In this document: in pieces, positions 1-9,591 of the stretch
Position numbering within the stretch: position 1 is the first letter of the stretch
How the letters are laid out: the number at the start of each line of letters is the position of its first letter
From: Myxococcota bacterium
GTDB lineage: Bacteria; Myxococcota_A; SURF-8
NCBI GenBank assembly: GCA_963674735.2
Contig: CAXXQS010000002.1
Location: forward strand, 96,001 to 160,000
Length of the DNA stretch: 64,000 bases
Reading direction: 5' to 3'
The notes under the pieces: model-generated
What the model saw: the letters and a program-made list of their open reading frames with translations, nothing else
What the model was told of the DNA's origin: nothing
Database searches by the model: none
Translations under genes and position numbers: made by a program

Positions 1-1229
1 TGCGCCTCGATCACGTCCTGATAAACGTCCGTCAGACGCTGCACGATGGCCTCCCAGCGGTAAGTTTCTCGCACTTTCGCATGTCCCGCCTCGGCCAGAC
101 GCGCGGCCAGTTGCTTCTCGTCCAGGAGACGTCTCAAAGCCGCCGCCAAAGCCGCCGGGTCGTTCTCGGGAACCAACAGGCCGTCCTGTTCGTCATCGAT
201 CAAATGCGCCAATCCCCCCACCCGCGTCGCGACCACCGGCGTTCCGGCGCTCCAGGCCTCCAGCACCACAATGCCGAAAGGCTCATGACGCGAAGCCAAG
301 GCGAACACGTCCAACGCCGCGTAGGCATCGGCCAACTCGCGGCCGCCGAACGCCAGAGGCGGTTGAATGGTCACGCGCTCCGCCAATCCAAGCGTCTTCG
401 CCCGCGCCGCCAGTTCCGCCGCGTAAGCGGGGACGGTTTGCGGGCCGACCAGCAGCAGGCGCGCGTTGTAACGCAACGGATCGAGCCGCGCAAACGCACG
501 CAGCAGATTCATCTGGTTCTTCTGCGGGTCGATGCGACTGATGCAACCGATCAGAATTTCGTCGTTCTTGAAACCGTGTTCGCGACGAAAACGCGCTCCG
601 TCGCCATTTTCGAAGTCCTCCGCATGAACGCCATTGGGCAGATGTTCCACGCGCGTCCCCGGCAACGTCGCTTTCAAAGGCGCAACCTCGGCCGGATTGA
701 CGCAGAATACGGCATCGGCGCGTTTCAGCAGCGAACGCGATCCCAAAACGGCGCCGATAACTTTTCCCCATTCCAACCGGCCGATCAGCGGCCTGGCCAG
801 ATCGAGTTGCTCCTCGGCAGGAATGATCAAATAGCCTCCGTGCAAGGTGACGACGTAGGGCTTTCTGCGCCAACGCGCAGCCAGGGCCGCCTGTGCGCCC
901 AGCCGCTTGATGGCATGCAGATGATAGATATCCACATTGGAGCGCGCCACCAGCGCCGCCATCATCGGCCACGACACCAGGTTCCCGCCCTTTTTGTCCA
1001 GGGCCAGACGCGATTCGCCATCGAGCCCGAGCACCGGATAGTGATACCCGAAGCGCTTCACCGCCACCCCCGCCACCCAGTCGTCGCCGGGCTGCGAAAG
1101 CGCCGAGGAGGCCCAGACTTCCGTATCGTGCCCCATCTTCACCAGACGTTGCGACATCTCGGCGATGACGGTTTCCGTCCCACCCCATTCATCGGCCACG
1201 AAACGGCGGGCGATTTGTAAAACACGCAT
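1..1229 (-). CDS. Glycosyltransferase family 4 (3' end runs off the window)
   Basis: Not in the ORF track. Hand translation from ATG at 1229 gives MRVLQIARRFVADEWGGTETVIAEMSQRLVKMGHDTEVWASS..., and the window-start end reads ETYRWEAIVQRLTDVYQDVIEA. Both ends are typical GT-B/GT4. Starts 2 nt after the upstream stop. Confidence 0.88.
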   Translation of the reverse strand, partial: MRVLQIARRFVADEWGGTETVIAEMSQRLVKMGHDTEVWASSALSQPGDDWVAGVAVKRFGYHYPVLGLDGESRLALDKKGGNLVSWPMMAALVARSNVDIYHLHAIKRLGAQAALAARWRRKPYVVTLHGGYLIIPAEEQLDLARPLIGRLEWGKVIGAVLGSRSLLKRADAVFCVNPAEVAPLKATLPGTRVEHLPNGVHAEDFENGDGARFRREHGFKNDEILIGCISRIDPQKNQMNLLRAFARLDPLRYNARLLLVGPQTVPAYAAELAARAKTLGLAERVTIQPPLAFGGRELADAYAALDVFALASRHEPFGIVVLEAWSAGTPVVATRVGGLAHLIDDEQDGLLVPENDPAALAAALRRLLDEKQLAARLAEAGHAKVRETYRWEAIVQRLTDVYQDVIEA

Positions 1230-1231
1230 AT

Positions 1232-2464
1232 TCAATTCCTCCCCGGCCGAGCGGCGCTAACCGCTTCACCCAGCCAGGCTTCGAGATCATCCACATAGCG
1301 ATCCATGTTGAAGCGCCGCCGCACGTCGTCCAGCGCACTTTGCGCCAATTCGCGCCGTTCGGAATCGTGGTCGCTCAACCACCGTAAACGCGCCGCCAAG
1401 CCCGCCGCATCACCCGCGTTGAACGTAAGGGCGTTGCGGCCCTCCGCGATCAGCTCGGCCGTGCCGCCACGCGTGGTGCTCACCACCGGCGTTCCGCTGG
1501 CCATCGCCTCCAGGTGCGTCAAACCGAACGGCTCTTCCCAGTCGGACGGGAAGACGAAGAGATCGGCCTCGCGATACAGGCCCGGCAGTTTTTCGCTTTT
1601 CACCCGACCCTGGAATAGCACCTTTTCCGCCACGCCGAGATCGCGCGCCAGCGTTTTCAATCGTGCAAGATAATCCGGCTCGCCCCCGCCGACGATAGAC
1701 AAATTCATCCGGCGGCCCTCGGCCGTCAACAACCCCAAGGCCTCGACCACCGTGTGCACCCCTTTGTAGTCGTGCACCTGCCCCGCGTACAGCAGCCGTA
1801 GCGGATCATGCAAAGCACCGGGGTCGGACTTGGCGGGAAAGCGTTCGAGGGGAATGGCCTGATAAATCACCCGTGCCCCTTCAACCGGAACGCCTTGGGC
1901 GATCAACCCGGTCTGCAAGGCGCGGCTGATCGTGGTGACCCGAGAGAAATCCAGCCCCTTCCAGGTCAGTCCTTTCAACGCGCTGCGATCGAGCGCCCAG
2001 GATGCCAGCTTGCGCGGTCGTATCTCAAACGGCGCGGGCCGATAATAGGCCAGATAGTCGTCGTTCAAGGTCAACGCGCAGGGAATGCCCCGTTCCGTCG
2101 CCGCCCGCCAGGTCCCCAACGACAAGCGCCGCTGGCTCCAGAAAAAAACCACGTCGGGCTTGAAAGCGGCGAGTCTGCGAGCGGTTGCCGCGCGATTGCG
2201 CCGGAAAACGTTTAAATGTTGCACCCGCGCACGCCCCAGCGGCTTCCCGAAAGGAACGATCAAGTTCAAGTCGCGCCACACGTTTCCAAACGGTTTCGCT
2301 CCGTCCGACATCGCGGCCGACGGTCCATCGGGACGGAAATCGCTGGTCAACACGGCCACAGCATGACCGCGCGCGGCCAATCGTTCCGCCACCTGGGCGC
2401 ACAAGATCTCGTAGCCGCCCAGCACCGCAGGCGGGTAGAGGTTGGAAACTATCAGGATACGCAT
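1232..2464 (-). CDS. Glycosyltransferase family 4
   Basis: MRILIVSNLYPP..GGYE N-terminus; FVFPSDWEEPFGLTHLEAMASGTPVV (E-x7-E) motif. Confidence 0.93.
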   Translation of the reverse strand: MRILIVSNLYPPAVLGGYEILCAQVAERLAARGHAVAVLTSDFRPDGPSAAMSDGAKPFGNVWRDLNLIVPFGKPLGRARVQHLNVFRRNRAATARRLAAFKPDVVFFWSQRRLSLGTWRAATERGIPCALTLNDDYLAYYRPAPFEIRPRKLASWALDRSALKGLTWKGLDFSRVTTISRALQTGLIAQGVPVEGARVIYQAIPLERFPAKSDPGALHDPLRLLYAGQVHDYKGVHTVVEALGLLTAEGRRMNLSIVGGGEPDYLARLKTLARDLGVAEKVLFQGRVKSEKLPGLYREADLFVFPSDWEEPFGLTHLEAMASGTPVVSTTRGGTAELIAEGRNALTFNAGDAAGLAARLRWLSDHDSERRELAQSALDDVRRRFNMDRYVDDLEAWLGEAVSAARPGRN

Positions 2465-2470
2465 GACCCC

Positions 2471-3643
2471 CTACGCGGCGTCGCCCACTTTACCCTTGAG
2501 GGGACGCACCATTAGTTTATACATATCGGCAATATGCCCGATTTCGGTCCCGATTTCACGATTCGACATCAAGGCCGCCGTCGAACTCGGTGCATCGGGA
2601 TGATACCCATGCATACCGGCGATCGGACGCTCCCCCATGAAACTCGGAACGATCAGATGCCCCTCGTCCAACAAAAAGAACAATTCGCCGTATTTATTGT
2701 GCGGAAAAACCGATCCAAACGTCTTCAGGTCGTCCCGGCTTAATATTTTACCATAGGATTGTTCCTTGAGCAACGCGGAGATCCCGTGGCGGGCGTCGTC
2801 GTTCATAAACCAGAAACGCGCCATGGTCGAATCGTACACCACGGCATAGTCGCGCCCGAAGCGGTAGGGCAAGCGCTTGACTTCGCCCCACAGGTCGTGC
2901 CAGTCGGTGACCTCGGCCATGCAATGATCGGAAAAGACGTACAGATCCACCTGCTCGTAGTTGGCTTCGGCCGCCTCGAACACCTCCTGAAGGCGCGTTT
3001 TATAGTGCGCGATTTTGGCGCGCGCCGCATCGCTGTCGGGACCGTGAATGTGCATGATGCCGTCCAGGTCGGCGTTGTAATTGAAGGCCCAGCGAATTTG
3101 TCCCGCACGGATATCCTCCAGCAAGGCCTGGTGGTTGCGTTCTTCCCCCACCCGCCAGTCGGACACGTGCATGGGGGTGCCGGTCAAGCGCGCCAGCGAA
3201 AACGCATTGTCCCCCGCCAGAATGCCGTCCGAGGCGAACAAGTCCTTCTTCTCGCAGTAATCGAACAGGTGCATGTAGTTGAACGGCATGTTGTAAATCT
3301 GAAAATACCCGCTGTAGCCGTACAGCTTTTTCAACGCCTGCGACAGCTTGTTGCGCACCCGTGCACGGGAGCTGATGAACTTCGGAATCAAGGCCAGGGG
3401 ACGCAAGGGCTTGAAGGGCGACTTCTCGGGTTGGAAGTAGTAGAACGAAAAATGCCCGTGTTCCTGGGGCATCCGGCCGGTTAAAATGGTGGGAACGGCG
3501 GTGGAACTGTAACCGAAAACCGACTTGAGCGGCTTGCGGTGCGGCAGCTTCTCGGTGAAAAAATCGGCTCCTTGAACGAGATCCCAACCGAAGGCGTCGA
3601 TAAAGATAAACAGGGATAAGGTTTTGTCGGATTTCATGATCAA
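2471..3643 (-). CDS. Alkaline phosphatase superfamily / nucleotide pyrophosphatase-phosphodiesterase-like protein
   Basis: IFIDAFG, GYSSTAVPTILTG, DLDGIMH, FSDH and GMHGY metal-binding/nucleophile motifs. Confidence 0.85.
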   Translation of the reverse strand: MIMKSDKTLSLFIFIDAFGWDLVQGADFFTEKLPHRKPLKSVFGYSSTAVPTILTGRMPQEHGHFSFYYFQPEKSPFKPLRPLALIPKFISSRARVRNKLSQALKKLYGYSGYFQIYNMPFNYMHLFDYCEKKDLFASDGILAGDNAFSLARLTGTPMHVSDWRVGEERNHQALLEDIRAGQIRWAFNYNADLDGIMHIHGPDSDAARAKIAHYKTRLQEVFEAAEANYEQVDLYVFSDHCMAEVTDWHDLWGEVKRLPYRFGRDYAVVYDSTMARFWFMNDDARHGISALLKEQSYGKILSRDDLKTFGSVFPHNKYGELFFLLDEGHLIVPSFMGERPIAGMHGYHPDAPSSTAALMSNREIGTEIGHIADMYKLMVRPLKGKVGDAA

Positions 3644-5715
3644 TTCACCTCCTTCCAGAGGTGCAGCAGGCGTTCTTCCAGTTGCTGCGGGGCTCGTTCA
3701 TCCGGGGGAGCCGCCAACAAACCCGCCAACGTTTCGGCGGCTCCGTTGAACGCTCCGTTTCCGGTGATGTCCAGATGGTAGAGAAATTCCGGGACAGCCG
3801 CCCGCACACGATATTGCGGATGCGCCAGGTAGCGACGCAGGTCTTGACCGTCACTGGGCCAGCGACCCAGCCTCCGCCGGTTCTGCACGGCATTCACCAC
3901 GACTTGCGCCGATCGCACATGGGGCGATAGAAGTTTTTCGCCGTAATCCTCCCAGGTCGAAGCGCCGCGCGTCACTTGAATGAACCAACGGTGCGCTTCA
4001 TGGAAGAGGTCGCGCGCCTGCGTCCAAAACGCCTCCAGTTGGGCGTAGGTCGTGTTTTCGAACGCTGGATAAAAGCGATACTGCATGGCGGCGCGATAGG
4101 CGGCCTTGATGTCGTCGAAGCGCAACGGCGATTCCAGCTCCAACGCTTCCAGACGCGCCAGACGTTCCCGGTAGCTGTAGTGGTACAGCCCCAAACGCAA
4201 CAACACCACATCCCCGCCAGCCAGCAAGGCCTTGTATATATTGCGGGTGATGAAATCGAGGTCGTCGAGCGGCAGGGAATCGTTCGTCGTGCGAAAGGCA
4301 TCCAGATGACGACGCGCGTAGATCATGCCGATGGCGCGATTCATGAGCAGCCGTTCGCCCTCGTCGCTGGGAATCTCCGATCCGCGAACATCCGGCAGAA
4401 TGTCCATCGCCCGGCCCGATCCGATAAGCACCCGATTGCCGCGCCGTAACTCATACCACTCGATGCGCGGCGGCGCATTGCGCAGCTTACGCTCGCACAC
4501 GACCGCCACATCCACATCGAGACCCATCTCAGCCGTCGCTTCTTCCGCCATCGCCTCGATCGCGTGCCGGATCTTGGACATCTTCCAGGGCGGAGCGTCT
4601 TCGTAAAGCGCGTAGAGATCGTAATCGTTGTAGGGCTGCCAATGACCGTCCACCTTCCAGGCTCCCCCTTCGCGCCGTCCGTATCCGCCCCCCAACACCA
4701 AGGCTTTCGGCGGCTCGGGAAGCGCGGCGAAGCGTTCGGCCAGTCGCGCCATATCACGGTCCAAACGCGCTTCAAGCTCCGGCAAAGGATCGACCGTATA
4801 CTTGCCGCGCGTCGGCATGGCCACATCCGGGGCCGGTCGATACGCCGCGGCCAGGCTGTCTTTCAGACCGTCGCGCACGCCCAGCCAGCGGCCCAGCCCT
4901 TGCGCCACACGCAAACCCGGCGATTGCCAGATCGCCCGGGGTTCCTTTTCATCGACGGCAAAGGCGATATCGCGCACGACTTCCATGGCGGCCGGCAACA
5001 AAGCCTGACGCAGGAAACCGGCCTGCCCGGCTTTCAGGTGGAACATCCAGGGGATGGCGCTGCCTTCGGCGCGATGACGCTTCAAACTCTGGCGAAAGGT
5101 GTAATTATGCGAATGCACGGCAATGGAATCGGGCACATACACGATCCGCTTTCCCTGCAAACGGGCGCGGTAGGTCCACTCGCCGTCTTCCGTGGAGGTG
5201 ATGGCATCGTGGAAGGGATCCCGCTCCCACCAGGAGCGGCGAATCGCGCTGGCGGCCATGGAAAAGAAATGCGGCCAGGCGGCATGTCCCCGGCCGTCGC
5301 CGAAGGCGCGCTGGTAGTCCTTGCGAAACAAAGGCAGGGCGTCGTCGCGCGGAATCTGCTGTGAAAACGAAGCCACGACTTCCTCATCTTCCACCAGCGG
5401 AGCCAATAAACGCGACAACCAGTCCCGTCCGACCGGGGTGGCGTCGGCGTTGAGGAAGGTCACCCATTCGTCCTCACAAAGCCGCATCCCGAGATTGATC
5501 ACCCGTCCCGGGATGTATTCACCGGCATTGATATGATAAAAGGTTCCGCCCTTTTCCTGTAACACCTGCTGCGTTCCATCGGTGGAGTTGTCGATATGGA
5601 TCAAGGTCCACTCCACACCTTCCTGGCGGCTCAACGCTTCGAGCGTCTGCTCGACAATGCGCGGGCCATCGTTGAAGGAACGCATCACGATCGTCGTTTT
5701 AACAGTCATTTCCAC
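3640..5715 (-). CDS. GT2 glycosyltransferase fused to a C-terminal Pol-beta-like nucleotidyltransferase domain
   Basis: N-terminal GT2 (IVMRSFN, FLNADA, TEDGEW). C-terminal LVLGGGYGRREGG...NDYDL...VDV matches the NTase hG[GS]..DxD..D pattern, followed by a helical region. Confidence 0.8.
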   Translation of the reverse strand: MEMTVKTTIVMRSFNDGPRIVEQTLEALSRQEGVEWTLIHIDNSTDGTQQVLQEKGGTFYHINAGEYIPGRVINLGMRLCEDEWVTFLNADATPVGRDWLSRLLAPLVEDEEVVASFSQQIPRDDALPLFRKDYQRAFGDGRGHAAWPHFFSMAASAIRRSWWERDPFHDAITSTEDGEWTYRARLQGKRIVYVPDSIAVHSHNYTFRQSLKRHRAEGSAIPWMFHLKAGQAGFLRQALLPAAMEVVRDIAFAVDEKEPRAIWQSPGLRVAQGLGRWLGVRDGLKDSLAAAYRPAPDVAMPTRGKYTVDPLPELEARLDRDMARLAERFAALPEPPKALVLGGGYGRREGGAWKVDGHWQPYNDYDLYALYEDAPPWKMSKIRHAIEAMAEEATAEMGLDVDVAVVCERKLRNAPPRIEWYELRRGNRVLIGSGRAMDILPDVRGSEIPSDEGERLLMNRAIGMIYARRHLDAFRTTNDSLPLDDLDFITRNIYKALLAGGDVVLLRLGLYHYSYRERLARLEALELESPLRFDDIKAAYRAAMQYRFYPAFENTTYAQLEAFWTQARDLFHEAHRWFIQVTRGASTWEDYGEKLLSPHVRSAQVVVNAVQNRRRLGRWPSDGQDLRRYLAHPQYRVRAAVPEFLYHLDITGNGAFNGAAETLAGLLAAPPDERAPQQLEERLLHLWKEVN

Positions 5716-6019
5716 TCTTTCAGTTATTCGCCCTTCGATCGTTACGGTTGCGGGAAACGATCATTCATTTATACCGAAAAGTTCATCCCCTCCGAAAAAG
5801 CCGTCATTCCCCCTGAAAAATCCTCGTCATAACTGATGATAGAATGCCAAATATGTGCTGGCATTCCCGAAATCACGGTCAAATACAAGAATTCCGTTGC
5901 AGCTCATTCACCGTTTGGTTATTATCCTACGAATTGGAGTCATTTCGCAAGCCTTCAAAACGACGGGGCGACGTATACGGCCCCTTCGACGTTTGTAGAA
6001 ACGCCGTAAGGATTTTTCT

Positions 6020-7183
6020 GTGCGAGTTCTGATTGCTGAAGACGACGGAGTCATGCGCCGTATGCTCGAGGTGGCCTTGGGTCGCTGGGGCTATGACTAT
6101 GCCAGCGCCAAAGATGGCGATGAAGCCTGGTCGTTGTATCGTTCGGGCGACTACGACATGGTCGTCACCGATTGGATGATGCCCGGCCTGACCGGCCTCG
6201 ATTTCTGCAAAAGAATCCGGGAATACAACAAAGATCAATACACCTACATCATCTTGCTCACCTCCCTGGACGCCAAAGAGCATCTGGCCCAGGGAATCGA
6301 GCAAGGCGCAGACGATTTCGTCGAAAAGCCCTTCGAACCCACCGAGTTACGCGCCCGACTCAAAGCCGGAGCCCGTATCGTGGAGCTCGAACGCAACTTG
6401 GCGGCCTCGAATGTGAAAATGACTCGCGATCTGCAAAAAGCCGCCGCCACCCTCGAAAGCCTTCTACCTCAGAAAAAAGACCTCTTTGCCGGTTTGCAGA
6501 TCGAATGGTACTTCCGTCCCAGCACCTTCATCGGGGGTGATTTCTTCAACGTTCTCAAACTGGACGAAGACCACATCGGCTTCTACATGGTCGATGTTTC
6601 CGGGCACGGCGTTTCCGCCGCGCTGCTGGCCGCGACGTTGAGCCACCTGTTGCGTCCCATGCAGGAGCAAGGAGGCATCCTGAATCAGATCACCGACAAC
6701 GGCGAAGAAATTCTGCTGTACCCGCGCGACGTGGCGGCCAAGTTGAACCGGCGTTTTCCCTTCGATATGGAAATGGGCACCTTCTTCACGTTTTTCTACG
6801 GCATCATCAACCGACCCAAGCGCCGACTGCGCTGGGTGCGCTGCGGACATCCGAAACCCGTTCTGCTGCATCAGTGTGGATTGCTGGCCCTGGAACACGG
6901 CAACCCGCCCATCGGCATTTTGGACGGCCACGCGTTTGAAGATTTCGAAGTGGAATTAGAGCCGGGGGACAAGCTGTTCATCTGTTCGGATGGCCTGCTC
7001 GAATCCGCCAATCCGCAAGGCGAACCGTTCGGCGACGCGCTGCTGCACGACGCCATCCGCAAGCGTCACGGTCACCCGGTCTCATCCATCGTCGCGGCGA
7101 TCATGCATGACTTCAACGCCCACCTGGGTCCGGCGATTCCCGAGGACGACATCACCCTTTTAGCTCTTGAAATCACCGATTGA
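6020..7183 (+). CDS. Response regulator with PP2C/SpoIIE phosphatase output (RsbU-like)
   Basis: REC domain (LIAEDD, VTDWMMPG, FVEKP); PP2C motifs GGDFF, DVSGHG, SDGL, DDIT. Confidence 0.93.
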   Translation: MRVLIAEDDGVMRRMLEVALGRWGYDYASAKDGDEAWSLYRSGDYDMVVTDWMMPGLTGLDFCKRIREYNKDQYTYIILLTSLDAKEHLAQGIEQGADDFVEKPFEPTELRARLKAGARIVELERNLAASNVKMTRDLQKAAATLESLLPQKKDLFAGLQIEWYFRPSTFIGGDFFNVLKLDEDHIGFYMVDVSGHGVSAALLAATLSHLLRPMQEQGGILNQITDNGEEILLYPRDVAAKLNRRFPFDMEMGTFFTFFYGIINRPKRRLRWVRCGHPKPVLLHQCGLLALEHGNPPIGILDGHAFEDFEVELEPGDKLFICSDGLLESANPQGEPFGDALLHDAIRKRHGHPVSSIVAAIMHDFNAHLGPAIPEDDITLLALEITD

Positions 7184-9544
7184 TCAACGAAGCGGGCCTT
7201 CGCTTCGGTTTTTCTTGCGCCATTGAACCAAGCGCCACAAGGCGGCTTTGGGGCCTTTCAACGCCATCTCGATTTGGTAGATCGGGGCCTGTTCCGTCGC
7301 CCAATCGGCCTTCCAGTCCGAGCCTTCCCCGCCCATTTCCACCAGACGGTCACCCGCTTCGTGGCAGTCGGAAAGGAAGCGATGAATCACCAGTTGGCCG
7401 ACGCCGAAGCGGGAAAACTCCCGGTCGTACACCGTCAGCAGGCCATATGTACGCCCCCCGGCGACGATCCCCGCCGAACCGGCCACGGCGCGTCCTTCGA
7501 TGCGCAGCAGCGTCAGGTGCAACCAGCCACGTTCCGCCCAATGCCGGGCCGCCTCGCGGTAATGCTTCATCACGCGTTCGGCCTGCCCCTCGCTCTGCTT
7601 GTCCGCCTCTTCAACCTGCCAGCTCTTGCCCCGCAACGCCTCGAATTCGTCCCATAAAGACGCCATCTCGGGATGATCCAAAGGCTTCCCGCGAAGGCTG
7701 ACGAATTCCGGCGTTTCTTCCCGTTCACGTTCGATACGGCGCAAACGATAGCGCAAAGACTTTCTTATATTGCGGCTCAAACCCTTGAAATAATTTTCAA
7801 AATCGTCATCGAAGCGCGCGCGCTGACTTTGGGTGAACACGCGCATTTGATATGAAATGCCGCGCCGTGAAAGCTCGCGCATCCAAGCCTCCGCCCGTTC
7901 GCCATCCAGCCGATAGCTGTTCAGCATGTCCGCGCCGGTTCGTTGGGCGATGGTAGGGAGCGCGTCGGCCATGGCGTGACAAGCCAGTGTTTCCAGATCG
8001 CAATCCGCCAAAAACGGAACGATGCCCATGGACATGCCATCCAGACTGCGCAGAGTCTTCATGTTCAGGCCGCCGCGTTTGACCGTTTCCTCGCGCCAGA
8101 TTGCGGCAGCCAGCATCCCGCGCTGTCGTCCGGCAGGCATCGGCAACGCCACATACCAGCAACGGGTTCCATTCAGAAACGTTTTCCAGAGGCTGAACGC
8201 GTGTTCCCATAGATGCCAGGGATTGGGTCGGCTGTGTTTTTCAAGTCCTTCGAAATCCTTGCGAACGGCCAGCCAGTCGGCCTCCGTTTCGAGCGCCTGC
8301 ACCACCAGACCGCGATCCAAGCGGTCGGCCTCGGCTTGCGGATCCGGCTTGTGGGGCTTGTCTTCGCCGGAGGTCGCTTGCTTGAATTCATTCCGGTTAT
8401 GGACGCGGTGTAAACGCTCCAACGGAATCCCATCGATCGGATTGCGACACCATTGGCGCAGGTTCCACAGACGTCCTTTGACTCCTGTAAGCCCGGCCTC
8501 GATCATCAAGACCGGTTCCTCATGCGTGGACCAGCGACGCTTCCAGGCAATCGCTTCCCCACCGAAATCGAGCGCACGGTCTCCTCGCTCGGAGCTATCG
8601 AGAATCATCCGCAACAGGTTGCTGGACCCCACTCCGTAATCTTCGAACTCGCGATCGAAAAAGGTTTGCAACAGCCAGACATAACCGTCGACGGCCAGGT
8701 TGAGATAGACCGCCGCCAGTTTGTCCCCCAACAGATAGGCGCACAGATCCAGCCAGCCCTTTCGGCTCCATGATTCCAGCGCTTTTTCCATGTACAGGCA
8801 GGATGGATCCGCGTGCACGGTGCCCAGGCGGGTCTGGTATTGGGTTTGCCAGGACGCCTCATGCAGACGGTTGAACTGTTCCCACAGACCGCTGTCTTTC
8901 AAGGTCGTCATCACATCGCCCCGGTGGCGGACGAACCGCGCCTCCAGCGCCAACTCGCTTTGCAGTTTTTTCTCGAAACGCCGCATGTTCTGACGGCGCT
9001 TTTTGATATTGGTTTTCTCCACCCAGCGGGCGACCTCGATCACCTGTGAAAAGCTGATGCTGCGCTGGGAATGGATCCGTCCGGCCGCTTGCAAAGCGGC
9101 GATATAGCCTTCGCCATCACGGCGCATGACCTGGGAATGACACAGCAAATGGCAGCCGGTCACCCTTCCCAGTTCGGGCAGACATTCGGCCAGCCGTTCG
9201 GCGGCCTCATTCTCCCGACCCGCCACCGCCCAGACCGGCGGCAGACTGCCGCTGAGCCAGTCCAACGAGCGCAACACGGCCATATGGCCCAGTTTGGAGG
9301 CCCGCCTGTCGCAGCGATAAACGCAAGCGGCAAAGGGAACGCCTTGATCCTTGAACAGCAGCAACCAGAAGGGGTCGTGGGGAAAAGCCAGTTCGCGGAC
9401 AAGTTTCACGTGCTTCCAACTCGTCCAGGGCTGTGGCGGCATCTGTGTTTCCAGTTGCAGCAACCGCTCTCGGCACACACGCCAATCCGCCTCGCTCTCA
9501 AGCGCTCGAATCTCCAAATCGTGACGATTGACCCGTTCCGACAT
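7184..9544 (-). CDS. Tandem GNAT acetyltransferase (two CelD/BcsL-like domains)
   Basis: Two homologous halves, each starting ALE[ST]EADW and ending [FY]DREF..[YF]GVG...GDR...GGE...WK..W. Confidence 0.8.
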   Translation of the reverse strand: MSERVNRHDLEIRALESEADWRVCRERLLQLETQMPPQPWTSWKHVKLVRELAFPHDPFWLLLFKDQGVPFAACVYRCDRRASKLGHMAVLRSLDWLSGSLPPVWAVAGRENEAAERLAECLPELGRVTGCHLLCHSQVMRRDGEGYIAALQAAGRIHSQRSISFSQVIEVARWVEKTNIKKRRQNMRRFEKKLQSELALEARFVRHRGDVMTTLKDSGLWEQFNRLHEASWQTQYQTRLGTVHADPSCLYMEKALESWSRKGWLDLCAYLLGDKLAAVYLNLAVDGYVWLLQTFFDREFEDYGVGSSNLLRMILDSSERGDRALDFGGEAIAWKRRWSTHEEPVLMIEAGLTGVKGRLWNLRQWCRNPIDGIPLERLHRVHNRNEFKQATSGEDKPHKPDPQAEADRLDRGLVVQALETEADWLAVRKDFEGLEKHSRPNPWHLWEHAFSLWKTFLNGTRCWYVALPMPAGRQRGMLAAAIWREETVKRGGLNMKTLRSLDGMSMGIVPFLADCDLETLACHAMADALPTIAQRTGADMLNSYRLDGERAEAWMRELSRRGISYQMRVFTQSQRARFDDDFENYFKGLSRNIRKSLRYRLRRIEREREETPEFVSLRGKPLDHPEMASLWDEFEALRGKSWQVEEADKQSEGQAERVMKHYREAARHWAERGWLHLTLLRIEGRAVAGSAGIVAGGRTYGLLTVYDREFSRFGVGQLVIHRFLSDCHEAGDRLVEMGGEGSDWKADWATEQAPIYQIEMALKGPKAALWRLVQWRKKNRSEGPLR

Positions 9545-9591
9545 GATTATCCTGTTCGTTAATCCCTTCCAATCCCCTAAAGGCGGCTGCT

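Noticed and set aside
81-1220. 379-aa plus-strand ORF and other long antisense ORFs (e.g. 15637-17532, 34793-36649, 59573-61939)
   Set aside because: Shadow frames of clear genes on the opposite strand in GC-rich DNA; no motifs
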